A stretch of DNA of 64,000 bases from Eubacteriales bacterium (lineage in GTDB: Bacteria > Bacillota > Clostridia > Oscillospirales > CAG-382). Shown piece by piece: positions 10,127 through 18,628 of this stretch. The position numbers and the translations under genes are program-made. The stretch is taken from positions 16,494 to 80,493 of the forward strand of contig JAZRUR010000041.1 of assembly GCA_045652625.1 (NCBI GenBank), read 5' to 3'. The notes beneath the pieces were generated by a model. It made no database searches and was not told the origin of the DNA. It worked only from the letters and a program-made list of their open reading frames with translations. Positions within the stretch are counted from its first letter, which is position 1; each line of letters begins with the position of its first letter.

Positions 10127-10593
10127 ATGAATCTAATATTGGCTTTTAAATCGCGTATTGCAAGGCCATTACAACAGCGATATTTTGAATATTCCAAATA
10201 CGGACCAAAAATCAAAAAATACAATAACAAGTTTAATAATAAACGTTGTTTCATCGTCGCTAATGGTCCGAGTTTACGAACAGAGGACTTGGATATCCTA
10301 CACGAACGCGGAGAAATCACATTCGGCATGAACCGTATATATAAATTGTTTTCTGAAACAAAATGGCACCCAGCATTTAATGTAATTATTGACCCGACTG
10401 CAAGAGATTATTTTTGCGAAAGATATGACAGTGACATACAAGATATTGTAGTTCATGACATGGGAAACAATACCCGCGCCTATATTGATGCAAAAAATAT
10501 TGTGAGGAAACCTGCAAAACTACAATCTATAATGCAACTCGCGGTGGCAAACTAGAAGTGTTCCAACGAGTCGATTTTGAAGGTTTATTTTAA
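10127..10593 (+). pseudogene. Decayed DUF115 (MptE-like/Maf-like) glycan transferase paralogue with an internal deletion and a frameshift
   Basis: The N-terminus (KRCFIVANGPSLRTEDL...KWHPAFNV) aligns with the intact paralogue at 12183..12947. The alignment then jumps straight to IIDPTARDYF...YIDAKN, skipping about 100 aa of the core. After about nt 10510 the homologous tail TTIYNATRGGKLEVFQRVDFEGLF* continues in another frame, ending at TAA 10591-10593. Confidence 0.75.
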
Positions 10594-10594
10594 A

Positions 10595-12142
10595 ATGGAA
10601 AATAAAAGTCAGTTAAAAAGCGGAATTATGCTTTCATATGTAAACTTAATAGTTGGCAACTTAGTGCCTCTATTCTATACTCCCGTTATGCTTCGTATCC
10701 TCGGGCAAAGTGAATATGGGTTATATTCGTTGGCAACTTCGGTTACGAGTTACTTATCTTTAATGAGCATGGGTATAAGTTCTGCCGTTGTACGGTATCT
10801 TGTTAAGTTCCGCGCAAAAGGCGATACAGAGGGCGAAGGAAAAATGCTTGGGCTTTTCTCGTGTATTTTTTTTGTAATAGCCGCTCTTACTCTCGTTGTC
10901 GGATGTGTTATAGCGTTTAATATTGATGTAATATATGGCAATTCATTGTCTGCGACAGAATTATCGAAGATTAAAGTGCTAACTGTTTTGCTTTCAATTA
11001 ACACTGCCTTATCTTTTGCATTTACAGTGTATGGGGCAATCGTAATTGCCCATGAACGCTTTGTTTTTCAGCAGGTACTTAATATAATAGCCACAATTTT
11101 ACCTGCATTTTTAAACATTCTAGTTTTATCTCTCGGTTTTTCTTCGACGGGGCTCGTAATATCAACATTAATCCTCAGTTCGATTACATATGTAATACAA
11201 ATGATTTATTGTTACAAAAAAATCAATATCAAACCTATTTTCCACGACATGCCATTTTATTTACTAAAGGAACTTATATCATTCTCATTGGTTATTTTTA
11301 TTGCTAATATTGCAAACACTCTATATGGCGCTACGGACAAGGTTATTATTGGCGCATATTTAGGCACTGCCGCGACCGCCGTTTACAATATAGGTCTAAC
11401 CTTTAGAAATATTGTACAGTCACTCTCAACATCCATGAGCACACTTTTAGTCACGAAAGTAACCACAATGGTTGATAAAGATGCCTCCTCGGATGAATTA
11501 TCAGAAGTATTTATTAAAGTTGGCAGATTACAGTTTATAATTGTTGGCTTGGCTGTCGGAGGTTTTTGCGCCTTTGGCAGAGAGTTTACAGTTTTATATG
11601 CAGGACATGAATATAGCGGTTCCTATTTTGTTGCAGTATTATTGATGCTCCCTATGGTTGTTCCTCTTATTCAAAATATTGGAATTAGTATTATAACTGC
11701 AATGAACAAACACCGATTCCGTGCAAATGTTAACATTGCGGTTGCAATTTTAAATTTAATCACAACGATTCCACTTGTAAAATATTGGGGCATTATCGGC
11801 GCCTCTTTTACCACATTCTGTAGTAATCTTATAGGTTCTGTAGCCCTAATGAATTGGTATTACTACAAAAAAATCAAATTAAACATTCCTTTATTTTGGA
11901 AGAACATTGCAAAAATGGCTGTGATACCAATAACACTTACCACTATTGCAATTTTCTCTAGCAAATATTTCGACTATACCAATCCTTTTATTTTCATAGT
12001 CGCAGTGGCGCTCTATGCGACATTCTATTCTCTACTTATGTGGCCAAAACTTAGTATTTATGAAAAAAATCTAATTTTAGGAGTATTTCGTAAATTTTCA
12101 GGCAAATGTAGTAAATCTCGCATTTCCATGAAGCGCGAATAA
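10595..12142 (+). CDS. wzx: Wzx-type (MOP superfamily) oligosaccharide flippase
   Basis: About 515 aa of polytopic membrane protein with roughly 12-14 TM segments, with polysaccharide-biosynthesis-protein-like sequence (GNLVPLFYTPVMLRILGQSEYGLY). The ATG at 10595 is preferred over the TTG at 10577. Confidence 0.8.
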   Translation: MENKSQLKSGIMLSYVNLIVGNLVPLFYTPVMLRILGQSEYGLYSLATSVTSYLSLMSMGISSAVVRYLVKFRAKGDTEGEGKMLGLFSCIFFVIAALTLVVGCVIAFNIDVIYGNSLSATELSKIKVLTVLLSINTALSFAFTVYGAIVIAHERFVFQQVLNIIATILPAFLNILVLSLGFSSTGLVISTLILSSITYVIQMIYCYKKINIKPIFHDMPFYLLKELISFSLVIFIANIANTLYGATDKVIIGAYLGTAATAVYNIGLTFRNIVQSLSTSMSTLLVTKVTTMVDKDASSDELSEVFIKVGRLQFIIVGLAVGGFCAFGREFTVLYAGHEYSGSYFVAVLLMLPMVVPLIQNIGISIITAMNKHRFRANVNIAVAILNLITTIPLVKYWGIIGASFTTFCSNLIGSVALMNWYYYKKIKLNIPLFWKNIAKMAVIPITLTTIAIFSSKYFDYTNPFIFIVAVALYATFYSLLMWPKLSIYEKNLILGVFRKFSGKCSKSRISMKRE

Positions 12143-12182
12143 AATATATGAAAATTAATGTGTCGCGGTAATGAGGTTTGAT

Positions 12183-12947
12183 ATGCACCCAATTAAATCT
12201 ATCCAGGCAAGAACTCAAAGTTTTTTTTCAAAACATTTTGAATGGACAAGACACGGAAGAAAACTTGCAAAACTAAAAAATACCAATATTAACAATCGTT
12301 GTTTTGTAATTGGAAATGGCCCAAGTTTGCGTCCCGAAGATCTTACCACTCTTTTTAATAACAACATCCCGTGTTTTGCTTCCAACAACATTTTTAAGAT
12401 ATTCGATAAAACAGTTTGGCGCCCAACTTACTACGTCTGTGAGGATATTTTAGTATTAGAAGACCTTCACAAAAAAATCTCTCAGACAAATTTTGATTTC
12501 AAATTCATTCCAATTAACTATAAGTGGTATAATGATATCAAAATTTCTAATGCACACTATTTCTTGCAATCATTTGAAAAGAATATAGAACTTTCCGACA
12601 ATATCCCTCACTCTATCGTTTGCAAAAGCACAGTTACTACTACCGCTATCCAATTGGCGGCATATATGGGATACACAGAAATTTACTTATTAGGCGTAGA
12701 CCATAGTTACAGAACCACTCGAGATAACGCAGGAAATATCATTGTTGATCCAACTGCTACCGATTATTTTGACAATAATTATGCAGAAACAATGAAGAAA
12801 AAAGATATCCCAAACACTGAGGCTACAACACAATCTTATATCGATGCTAAAAATCAACTCGATAAAAGAGGTGTTACTGTTTATAATGCAACACGTGGCG
12901 GTAAACTCGAAGTTTTCCCGCGTATTGATTTTGATACACTATTTTAG
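12183..12947 (+). CDS. DUF115 / 6-hydroxymethylpterin diphosphokinase MptE-like family protein (Maf-like putative ulosonic-acid transferase)
   Basis: RCFVIGNGPSLRPEDL Rossmann-like start, LLGVDHSY core and ATRGGKLEVFPR C-terminus. The ATG at 12183 follows a GAGG RBS, and an alternative ATG lies at 12171. Confidence 0.7.
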   Translation: MHPIKSIQARTQSFFSKHFEWTRHGRKLAKLKNTNINNRCFVIGNGPSLRPEDLTTLFNNNIPCFASNNIFKIFDKTVWRPTYYVCEDILVLEDLHKKISQTNFDFKFIPINYKWYNDIKISNAHYFLQSFEKNIELSDNIPHSIVCKSTVTTTAIQLAAYMGYTEIYLLGVDHSYRTTRDNAGNIIVDPTATDYFDNNYAETMKKKDIPNTEATTQSYIDAKNQLDKRGVTVYNATRGGKLEVFPRIDFDTLF

Positions 12948-12955
12948 AGGTCTTT

Positions 12956-13612
12956 ATGAAAACAATCGCAGTTGTACCAATGAAACTTAATAACAGACGT
13001 TTGCCGCAAAAAAACACAAAATGTTTCACAAACGGAAAACCGCTCTGCTATTATATTTTATCAACACTTTTACAGGTTGATAAAATCGATGAAATATATG
13101 TTTATTGCAGCAATCCTGATATAAAAGATTTCATCCCTGAAGGTGTTAAATATCTGCAACGCTCTACGGAACTCGATCAAGATACAACAAAAATGAACGA
13201 AGTTTTAAAGGCATTTGCCAATGATGTCCCTGCCGATGTGTATGTCATGACCCACACCACAGCGCCCTTTATTTCAAAAGAATCAATTACCAAAGGTTTG
13301 GATGCAGTTTTGTCCGGCGAATTCGATTCTGCATTTGCCGCAAAAAAACTTCAAGATTTTCTTTGGAAAGATAGCAATCCTTTCAACTATACACTTGATA
13401 ACATTCCTCGTACGCAAGATCTTCCTCCGCTTTACGAAGAAACTAGCGGTTTTTATATTTACAAAAGTGATATAATTACTCAGATGGAGCGTCGCATAGG
13501 TAATAAACCTTATATTGTAGAAGTGAATGCTATAGAAAGCATTGATATTGATGAATATGAAGACTTTGTGATTGCCGATTCAATTTTTAACCATCTTTAT
13601 GCATCTAAATAA
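12956..13612 (+). CDS. Acylneuraminate/ulosonic-acid cytidylyltransferase family protein (CMP-sugar-acid synthetase, NeuA/KdsB/SpsF-like)
   Basis: 218 aa. The N-terminal IAVVPMKLNNRRLPQKN signature and its size and organisation fit the CTP_transf_3 family. Confidence 0.75.
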   Translation: MKTIAVVPMKLNNRRLPQKNTKCFTNGKPLCYYILSTLLQVDKIDEIYVYCSNPDIKDFIPEGVKYLQRSTELDQDTTKMNEVLKAFANDVPADVYVMTHTTAPFISKESITKGLDAVLSGEFDSAFAAKKLQDFLWKDSNPFNYTLDNIPRTQDLPPLYEETSGFYIYKSDIITQMERRIGNKPYIVEVNAIESIDIDEYEDFVIADSIFNHLYASK

Positions 13613-13632
13613 GACAAGGAGACGGTATACAC

Positions 13633-15213
13633 ATGAGTAAAATTAAGGTTTTAGATTGTACGCTTCGTGATGGCGGATATGTTAATAATTGGATGTTTGG
13701 CGAAAAGAATATACAACATATCATAGATGGTCTTATCAATGCAAACGTTGACATTATTGAATGCGGATATTTAAACAATACTAAAACATACCCTATCGGC
13801 AGCAGCACTTTTTCTTCATTAACGGATATTTCACAATATATCTCCGTTAATAAAAGTGATTGCGAATTCGTCTGCATGATCAATTACGGTGACTTTAACA
13901 TTAATGATCTTCCGATCTGTGATAATAGTTCCGTTACGGGAATACGTGTTGCGTTTCACAAAAAAGATATCGATGGCGCTCTTGAGTTTTGCGCTAAGGT
14001 AAAAGAACTTGGATACAAATTATACGTTCAACCGATGGTTTCTTTGTCTTACTCGGATATTGAATATATCAATTTGATTCAGCGTGTTAATAGCATTAAC
14101 CCATACGCTTTCTATATTGTTGACAGTTTTGGTGTAATGCGTAACAAAGATTTAATGAGATTATTTTATCTGGTAGAACAAAACCTTGACGAACATATAT
14201 GCATAGGATACCATTCGCACAACAATCTTCAACTCGCATTTTCTAATGCGCAGTCCATGGTAACTTTGAATACGCCAAGGAGCATTATAATCGATAGCAG
14301 TGTTTTTGGAATGGGAAGAGGCGCAGGAAATCTCAATACCGAACTGTTTGTCGAATATCTCAACAATTTCGTTGACCGCAAATACGAAATCAAACCTTTA
14401 CTCCGCATAATGGACGAGGTTTTAAGCAATATATATTTTTCAAATTATTGGGGTTATTCTCTTCCACACTATTTATCAGCAGTTCACAACTGTCACCCCA
14501 ATTATGCATCTTATCTTGATTCGAAAAAAACACTCACAGTTGAAGATATCGACATAATTCTAAACACAATACCTATTGATTCTCGTTCTAACTTTAATAA
14601 GAATACAATAGAGACTTTATATTTAGAATTCATGTCAAAAGTAACTCAAAATCCCAAAACTGATATTGTTATGTCTATCTTCAAAAACAAACGCATTCTT
14701 GTTATTTGCCCCGGTCAAAGTTGCGAAGTTGAGAAGGACATGATAAAAGAATTTGCTAAAAATGATGATATAATAACCATATCTGTTAACTTTGATTATC
14801 AACATATTGATACAAACTACATATTCTTGAGCAATCTACGTAGGTTACAAAATATAAGCAAATCGGTTTATAACAAAACTATAATAACCTCAAATATTAA
14901 TGACAACAGTTTCCCTTATATTGTCGAATACGAATCGCTTTTAAATAATAAACCTCATGTAAGCGATAACGCTGCGCTTATGCTGGTTAAACTATTGATA
15001 GAGTGCGGCGCTAAAGAATTATTCTTCGCAGGTTTAGACGGTTATTCGTATGATACAGCGCAAAATTACGCTAACAAAGAACTCGCCCTGACTACACCAA
15101 ATATAATTTTAAGAGCCATGAACGAAGAAATGAGTTCGGTTCTGAGCCAATATAAAAATGAAATAGACATTCATTTTTTAACTACATCAAAATTTATAAC
15201 TATCAAAGACTAA
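13633..15213 (+). CDS. Fusion protein: N-terminal DRE-TIM (HMGL-like) aldolase domain plus C-terminal DUF115/MptE-like domain
   Basis: The N-terminal half has KVLDCTLRDGGY, IIECGY and GYHSHNN (Asp/His/His metal ligands of HMGL-like aldolases), then GMGRGAGNLNTEL. The C-terminal roughly 180 aa (ILVICPGQS...FFAGLDGYSYD) resembles the DUF115 proteins encoded just upstream. Confidence 0.75.
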   Translation: MSKIKVLDCTLRDGGYVNNWMFGEKNIQHIIDGLINANVDIIECGYLNNTKTYPIGSSTFSSLTDISQYISVNKSDCEFVCMINYGDFNINDLPICDNSSVTGIRVAFHKKDIDGALEFCAKVKELGYKLYVQPMVSLSYSDIEYINLIQRVNSINPYAFYIVDSFGVMRNKDLMRLFYLVEQNLDEHICIGYHSHNNLQLAFSNAQSMVTLNTPRSIIIDSSVFGMGRGAGNLNTELFVEYLNNFVDRKYEIKPLLRIMDEVLSNIYFSNYWGYSLPHYLSAVHNCHPNYASYLDSKKTLTVEDIDIILNTIPIDSRSNFNKNTIETLYLEFMSKVTQNPKTDIVMSIFKNKRILVICPGQSCEVEKDMIKEFAKNDDIITISVNFDYQHIDTNYIFLSNLRRLQNISKSVYNKTIITSNINDNSFPYIVEYESLLNNKPHVSDNAALMLVKLLIECGAKELFFAGLDGYSYDTAQNYANKELALTTPNIILRAMNEEMSSVLSQYKNEIDIHFLTTSKFITIKD

Positions 15214-15263
15214 GTAATTAATACATAATATTGGTGTTAGAGCATTTTTAATAAGGTAATAAT

Positions 15264-15818
15264 ATGTTTCAATGGTTTTATCGTTTGCCGTTATCATACG
15301 TTATAGTTGCAACGGTTTTTGTCATATTTCTTTGGAGTTTTCTTCAACACAAATATATTTCACGTGGATACGGCAGTGGAATAAAAACGGTATGTTATTG
15401 GAAACTTTTAAACATTGCACTTCTAACATTTTCGTTATTTGTTATAGTTAACTTCACTCTACTGTCGCGCGATGCCGGTATGCACGATCTTATATTGCAG
15501 CCTTTTTACTCTTTTGAAGTTGCAAAGATACAACCGGAAATGTACCGTTCCTTATTAATGAATATTGTTTTATTTGTTCCCTTTGGAATGTCTTTTTCGT
15601 GTTTATTAAACGAACATCGTACAATTCTCTTCCGTATGATATTCACTTCCCTCCTCGCTTGTCTTATAAGCCTTTTAATCGAGGCTACACAGTATTATTA
15701 CAATTTAGGCGAGGCATGGACAGACGATGTCATATGCAACACCATAGGCGCGTTTATAGGCTCCTTAACGATCGTCGTTTGGAAGTTATACTATTTAAGG
15801 AAAAATAACTATACGTAA
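15264..15818 (+). CDS. VanZ-like family membrane protein
   Basis: 184 aa with 4-5 TM segments. NIVLFVPFGM and EATQYYYNLGEAWTDDVICNTIGAFIG match the VanZ-like pattern. Confidence 0.7.
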   Translation: MFQWFYRLPLSYVIVATVFVIFLWSFLQHKYISRGYGSGIKTVCYWKLLNIALLTFSLFVIVNFTLLSRDAGMHDLILQPFYSFEVAKIQPEMYRSLLMNIVLFVPFGMSFSCLLNEHRTILFRMIFTSLLACLISLLIEATQYYYNLGEAWTDDVICNTIGAFIGSLTIVVWKLYYLRKNNYT

Positions 15819-15821
15819 AAG

Positions 15822-15850
15822 AAGAATCCACCTCAACGGTGGATTCTTTT
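15822..15850. terminator. Bidirectional rho-independent terminator between convergent genes
   Basis: An 11-bp stem pairs AAGAATCCACC (15822-15832) with GGTGGATTCTT (15838-15848), with a 5-nt loop and T/A runs on both sides. Confidence 0.75.
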
Positions 15851-15866
15851 ATGTTAATATTAATTA

Positions 15867-16760
15867 TTAGCCCCAAAGGTTTTCGGGGTATTCACCTGCT
15901 TCGATTTTAGCATCAAGGAACTTTAAGAAATCAGGTTTATCGGTACGATAAGTAACGCCCATCCATTTTGCATCGGTATGAATAACCTTACAACCAAATG
16001 CGCCTGATTTTACGCCCTCGTCGATTATATTGGTGATATAATATTCATCCTTTGTTAAATCGTTATCGGGGTTACGCAAGAAATTAGTAAAACCAGTTTC
16101 AGCATATTTGAAAACATCGGGAGTAAATCCCCAGAAATTCATGGATACGGGAGAATTTTCGTCAATATCAACCCATTCACCGGTTTCGGTTTCGTACTTA
16201 ACTACACCGTCAATACGCATTATCTTTTTAATCTCACGTATGTTCTTAATAATACCGTTTTCGGTAACGCAAACACCACGTGCAACGTGACCGTTTTCCG
16301 AAAGTGTATTTGCGAGTGTATAACCCGGCATAGCGAACGTCGTTGAATTAATATCGTTAAGACATTTATACATATTTTCAAACGTTTCTCTGCCGTAAAA
16401 GTCATCGGCATTGAATATAATAAACTTATCATCAACGATATTGCGGCATGCGCGCAATGCATGTGCGGTACCCCAGGGTTTTACTCTATCCGAAGGACAG
16501 GAGAAACCGTCAGGAAGATCAAGGGAGTTTTGGAATGCATATTCAATTTTAACATTACCCTTTATGCGCGAACCGATGCTTTCTTCAAACGATTCGAGGT
16601 TTTCTTCCTTGATTATAAAAACAATTTTATCGAAACCTGCACGTATGCTGTCATATACAGAATAGTCGATAATAAATTCGCCATGTCGTCCAACAGGATC
16701 AAGTTGTTTCAAGCCGCCGTAACGGCTGCCAAGACCCGCCGCGAGTATAACTGCTGTCAT
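15867..16760 (-). CDS. Sugar-phosphate nucleotidyltransferase family protein
   Basis: N-terminal VILAAGLGSRYGG (GxGxR NTP-transferase motif) and KPWGTAHAL. 297 aa. Confidence 0.75.
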   Translation of the reverse strand: MTAVILAAGLGSRYGGLKQLDPVGRHGEFIIDYSVYDSIRAGFDKIVFIIKEENLESFEESIGSRIKGNVKIEYAFQNSLDLPDGFSCPSDRVKPWGTAHALRACRNIVDDKFIIFNADDFYGRETFENMYKCLNDINSTTFAMPGYTLANTLSENGHVARGVCVTENGIIKNIREIKKIMRIDGVVKYETETGEWVDIDENSPVSMNFWGFTPDVFKYAETGFTNFLRNPDNDLTKDEYYITNIIDEGVKSGAFGCKVIHTDAKWMGVTYRTDKPDFLKFLDAKIEAGEYPENLWG

Positions 16761-16781
16761 AATAACTCCTTTTTAACGGCA

Positions 16782-18011
16782 TTAGCCGATCATTTCTTTT
16801 GTTATCGTAAGTTTTTTTATCTTTGTGTCAGAGGGGACCTCATACATAAATTTGGTCATAACACTTTCTGTAACTGCACGTAAACCTCTTGCACCGCTTT
16901 GTAGTTTATGCGCTTTCTCAGCGATAGCGTCAATGGCATCATCTTCAAACACCAATTCGACGTCATCATAAGAAAACAACTTTTGATATTGCTTTATAAG
17001 TGCATTTTTAGGCTCTTTGAGAATCCGTACAAGTGCATCTTTGTCAAGCGGTTCGAGAGTTGCAATAACAGGAATTCTACCTACTAATTCAGGAATAAGA
17101 CCGTATTTCACGATATCCTGTTGTGTCACGTGCTTAAGATCTGCACCTTTCTTACGTTCTTCTGAAGTAAGTGTAGGAGAATTATAGCCGACCGTTTGAT
17201 GTCCAAGACGATTGCCTACAATATCACGCAATCCGTCAAATGCACCGCCGCAAATAAAGAGAATATTCGAAGTATCTATCTGAATAAACTCTTGATTTGG
17301 ATGTTTACGTCCGCCTTGCGGAGGAACATTGGAAACAGTTCCTTCAACTATCTTTAAAAGCGCTTGTTGAACACCCTCGCCCGATACGTCGCGAGTAATA
17401 GAACGATTTTCACTCTTACGGGATATCTTATCAATTTCGTCGATATAAATAATACCGCGTTCGGCTTTTTTTACATCATAATCAGCCGCCTGAAGCAATC
17501 GAACCAAAATGTTCTCTACATCTTCTCCGACATATCCGGCCTCGGTAAGTGTTGTAGCGTCGGCTATTGCAAACGGAACATCGAGCATACGCGCAAGTGT
17601 CTGTGCAAGTAACGTCTTACCTACACCTGTAGGACCTAAGAGAAGAACATTACATTTGCTAAGTTCAACATCGTCTCCGGTTTCATCAGCAGATTTTTCC
17701 AAAATTGAATTAATACGTTTGTAATGGTTATAAATGGCTACCGAAAGCGTAATTTTCGCATCGTCCTGACCGATAACGTATCTGTCAAGTTCTGCCTTTA
17801 TTTCGGCAGGTTTAGGCAACCTTAAGGGCGCATTTTCTGCTTCCTCAACAACTTCGGGTTCCACAAGAGTTGCATTATACGTTTCGGAAATTTCGCAACA
17901 AAGTGTTAAGCACTCATCGCAAAAATCAATACGATTACCCTCTATTGAAAGGGTTGTTATATTTGCAGTAGGCCTACCGCAAAAACCGCATATATTTCTT
18001 TTATCAGCCAT
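16782..18011 (-). CDS. clpX: ATP-dependent Clp protease ATP-binding subunit ClpX
   Basis: N-terminal zinc ribbon CGFCGR...CDEC, Walker [19 protein letters not shown] and [10 protein letters not shown]. Confidence 0.97.
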   Translation of the reverse strand: MADKRNICGFCGRPTANITTLSIEGNRIDFCDECLTLCCEISETYNATLVEPEVVEEAENAPLRLPKPAEIKAELDRYVIGQDDAKITLSVAIYNHYKRINSILEKSADETGDDVELSKCNVLLLGPTGVGKTLLAQTLARMLDVPFAIADATTLTEAGYVGEDVENILVRLLQAADYDVKKAERGIIYIDEIDKISRKSENRSITRDVSGEGVQQALLKIVEGTVSNVPPQGGRKHPNQEFIQIDTSNILFICGGAFDGLRDIVGNRLGHQTVGYNSPTLTSEERKKGADLKHVTQQDIVKYGLIPELVGRIPVIATLEPLDKDALVRILKEPKNALIKQYQKLFSYDDVELVFEDDAIDAIAEKAHKLQSGARGLRAVTESVMTKFMYEVPSDTKIKKLTITKEMIG

Positions 18012-18019
18012 AAAATCGT

Positions 18020-18610
18020 CTATTCTCTTTTCCCGAGCACTTTATCTACAAGCCCGTACTCCTTAGCAGCAAGTGCATCCATATAATTGTTTCTGTCTGT
18101 ATCCTTTTCGATAACCGAAACATCCTTGCCGGTTGCTCCGGCAAGAAGTTCGTTTAACATTTTGCGAATACGTTCCATTTCCGCCGCCTCAATTTCGAGG
18201 TTGGTGGTTTGGTCTCTGAAATGACCGTTTATAAGAGGTTGGTGTATCATTATCTTTGAGTGCGGAAGCGCAATACGTTTTCCCTTTTCACCACAAGCAA
18301 GGAGAACTGCTGCCATACTTGCGCACATACCGATACATATAGTGCTGACAGGACATTTGATATAATTCATGGTATCATATATCGCCATACCCGCGCTTAT
18401 AGATCCACCGGGTGAATTAATATAAAGCGAAATTTCTTTATCGGGATCTTGGCTTTCAAGATATAACAACTGTGCTACAACAAGAGAAGCAACGGTATCG
18501 TTAATAGGTTCACCGATAAAAACTATCCTGTCGTTGAGCAAACGCGAGAAAATATCGTATGAACGTTCACCGCGCGAAGTCTGCTCGACTACCATCGGTA
18601 CCAAAGACAT
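18020..18610 (-). CDS. clpP: ATP-dependent Clp protease proteolytic subunit ClpP
   Basis: [11 protein letters not shown], the catalytic-Ser context [11 protein letters not shown] and the His context IMIHQP. Confidence 0.97.
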   Translation of the reverse strand: MSLVPMVVEQTSRGERSYDIFSRLLNDRIVFIGEPINDTVASLVVAQLLYLESQDPDKEISLYINSPGGSISAGMAIYDTMNYIKCPVSTICIGMCASMAAVLLACGEKGKRIALPHSKIMIHQPLINGHFRDQTTNLEIEAAEMERIRKMLNELLAGATGKDVSVIEKDTDRNNYMDALAAKEYGLVDKVLGKRE

Positions 18611-18628
18611 AGTTAATCAACCTTTCGA

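Noticed and set aside
10577-10594. The ORF-track start of the flippase at 10577, and similar long N-terminal extensions at 20027, 60398, 60318, 62491 and 27973
   Set aside because: These starts are TTG codons or upstream ATGs without Shine-Dalgarno sequences. In each case a downstream ATG has a well-spaced GGAG/AGGAGG and yields the family-typical N-terminus, for example MIKSMTGYG for YicC. The shorter coordinates were used.
15599-15808. A 69-aa ORF in an alternative frame inside the VanZ gene, and similar short internal ORFs such as 6168-6371 and 33681-33980
   Set aside because: They are embedded in longer ORFs with recognisable family motifs, and have no independent RBS or conservation signal.
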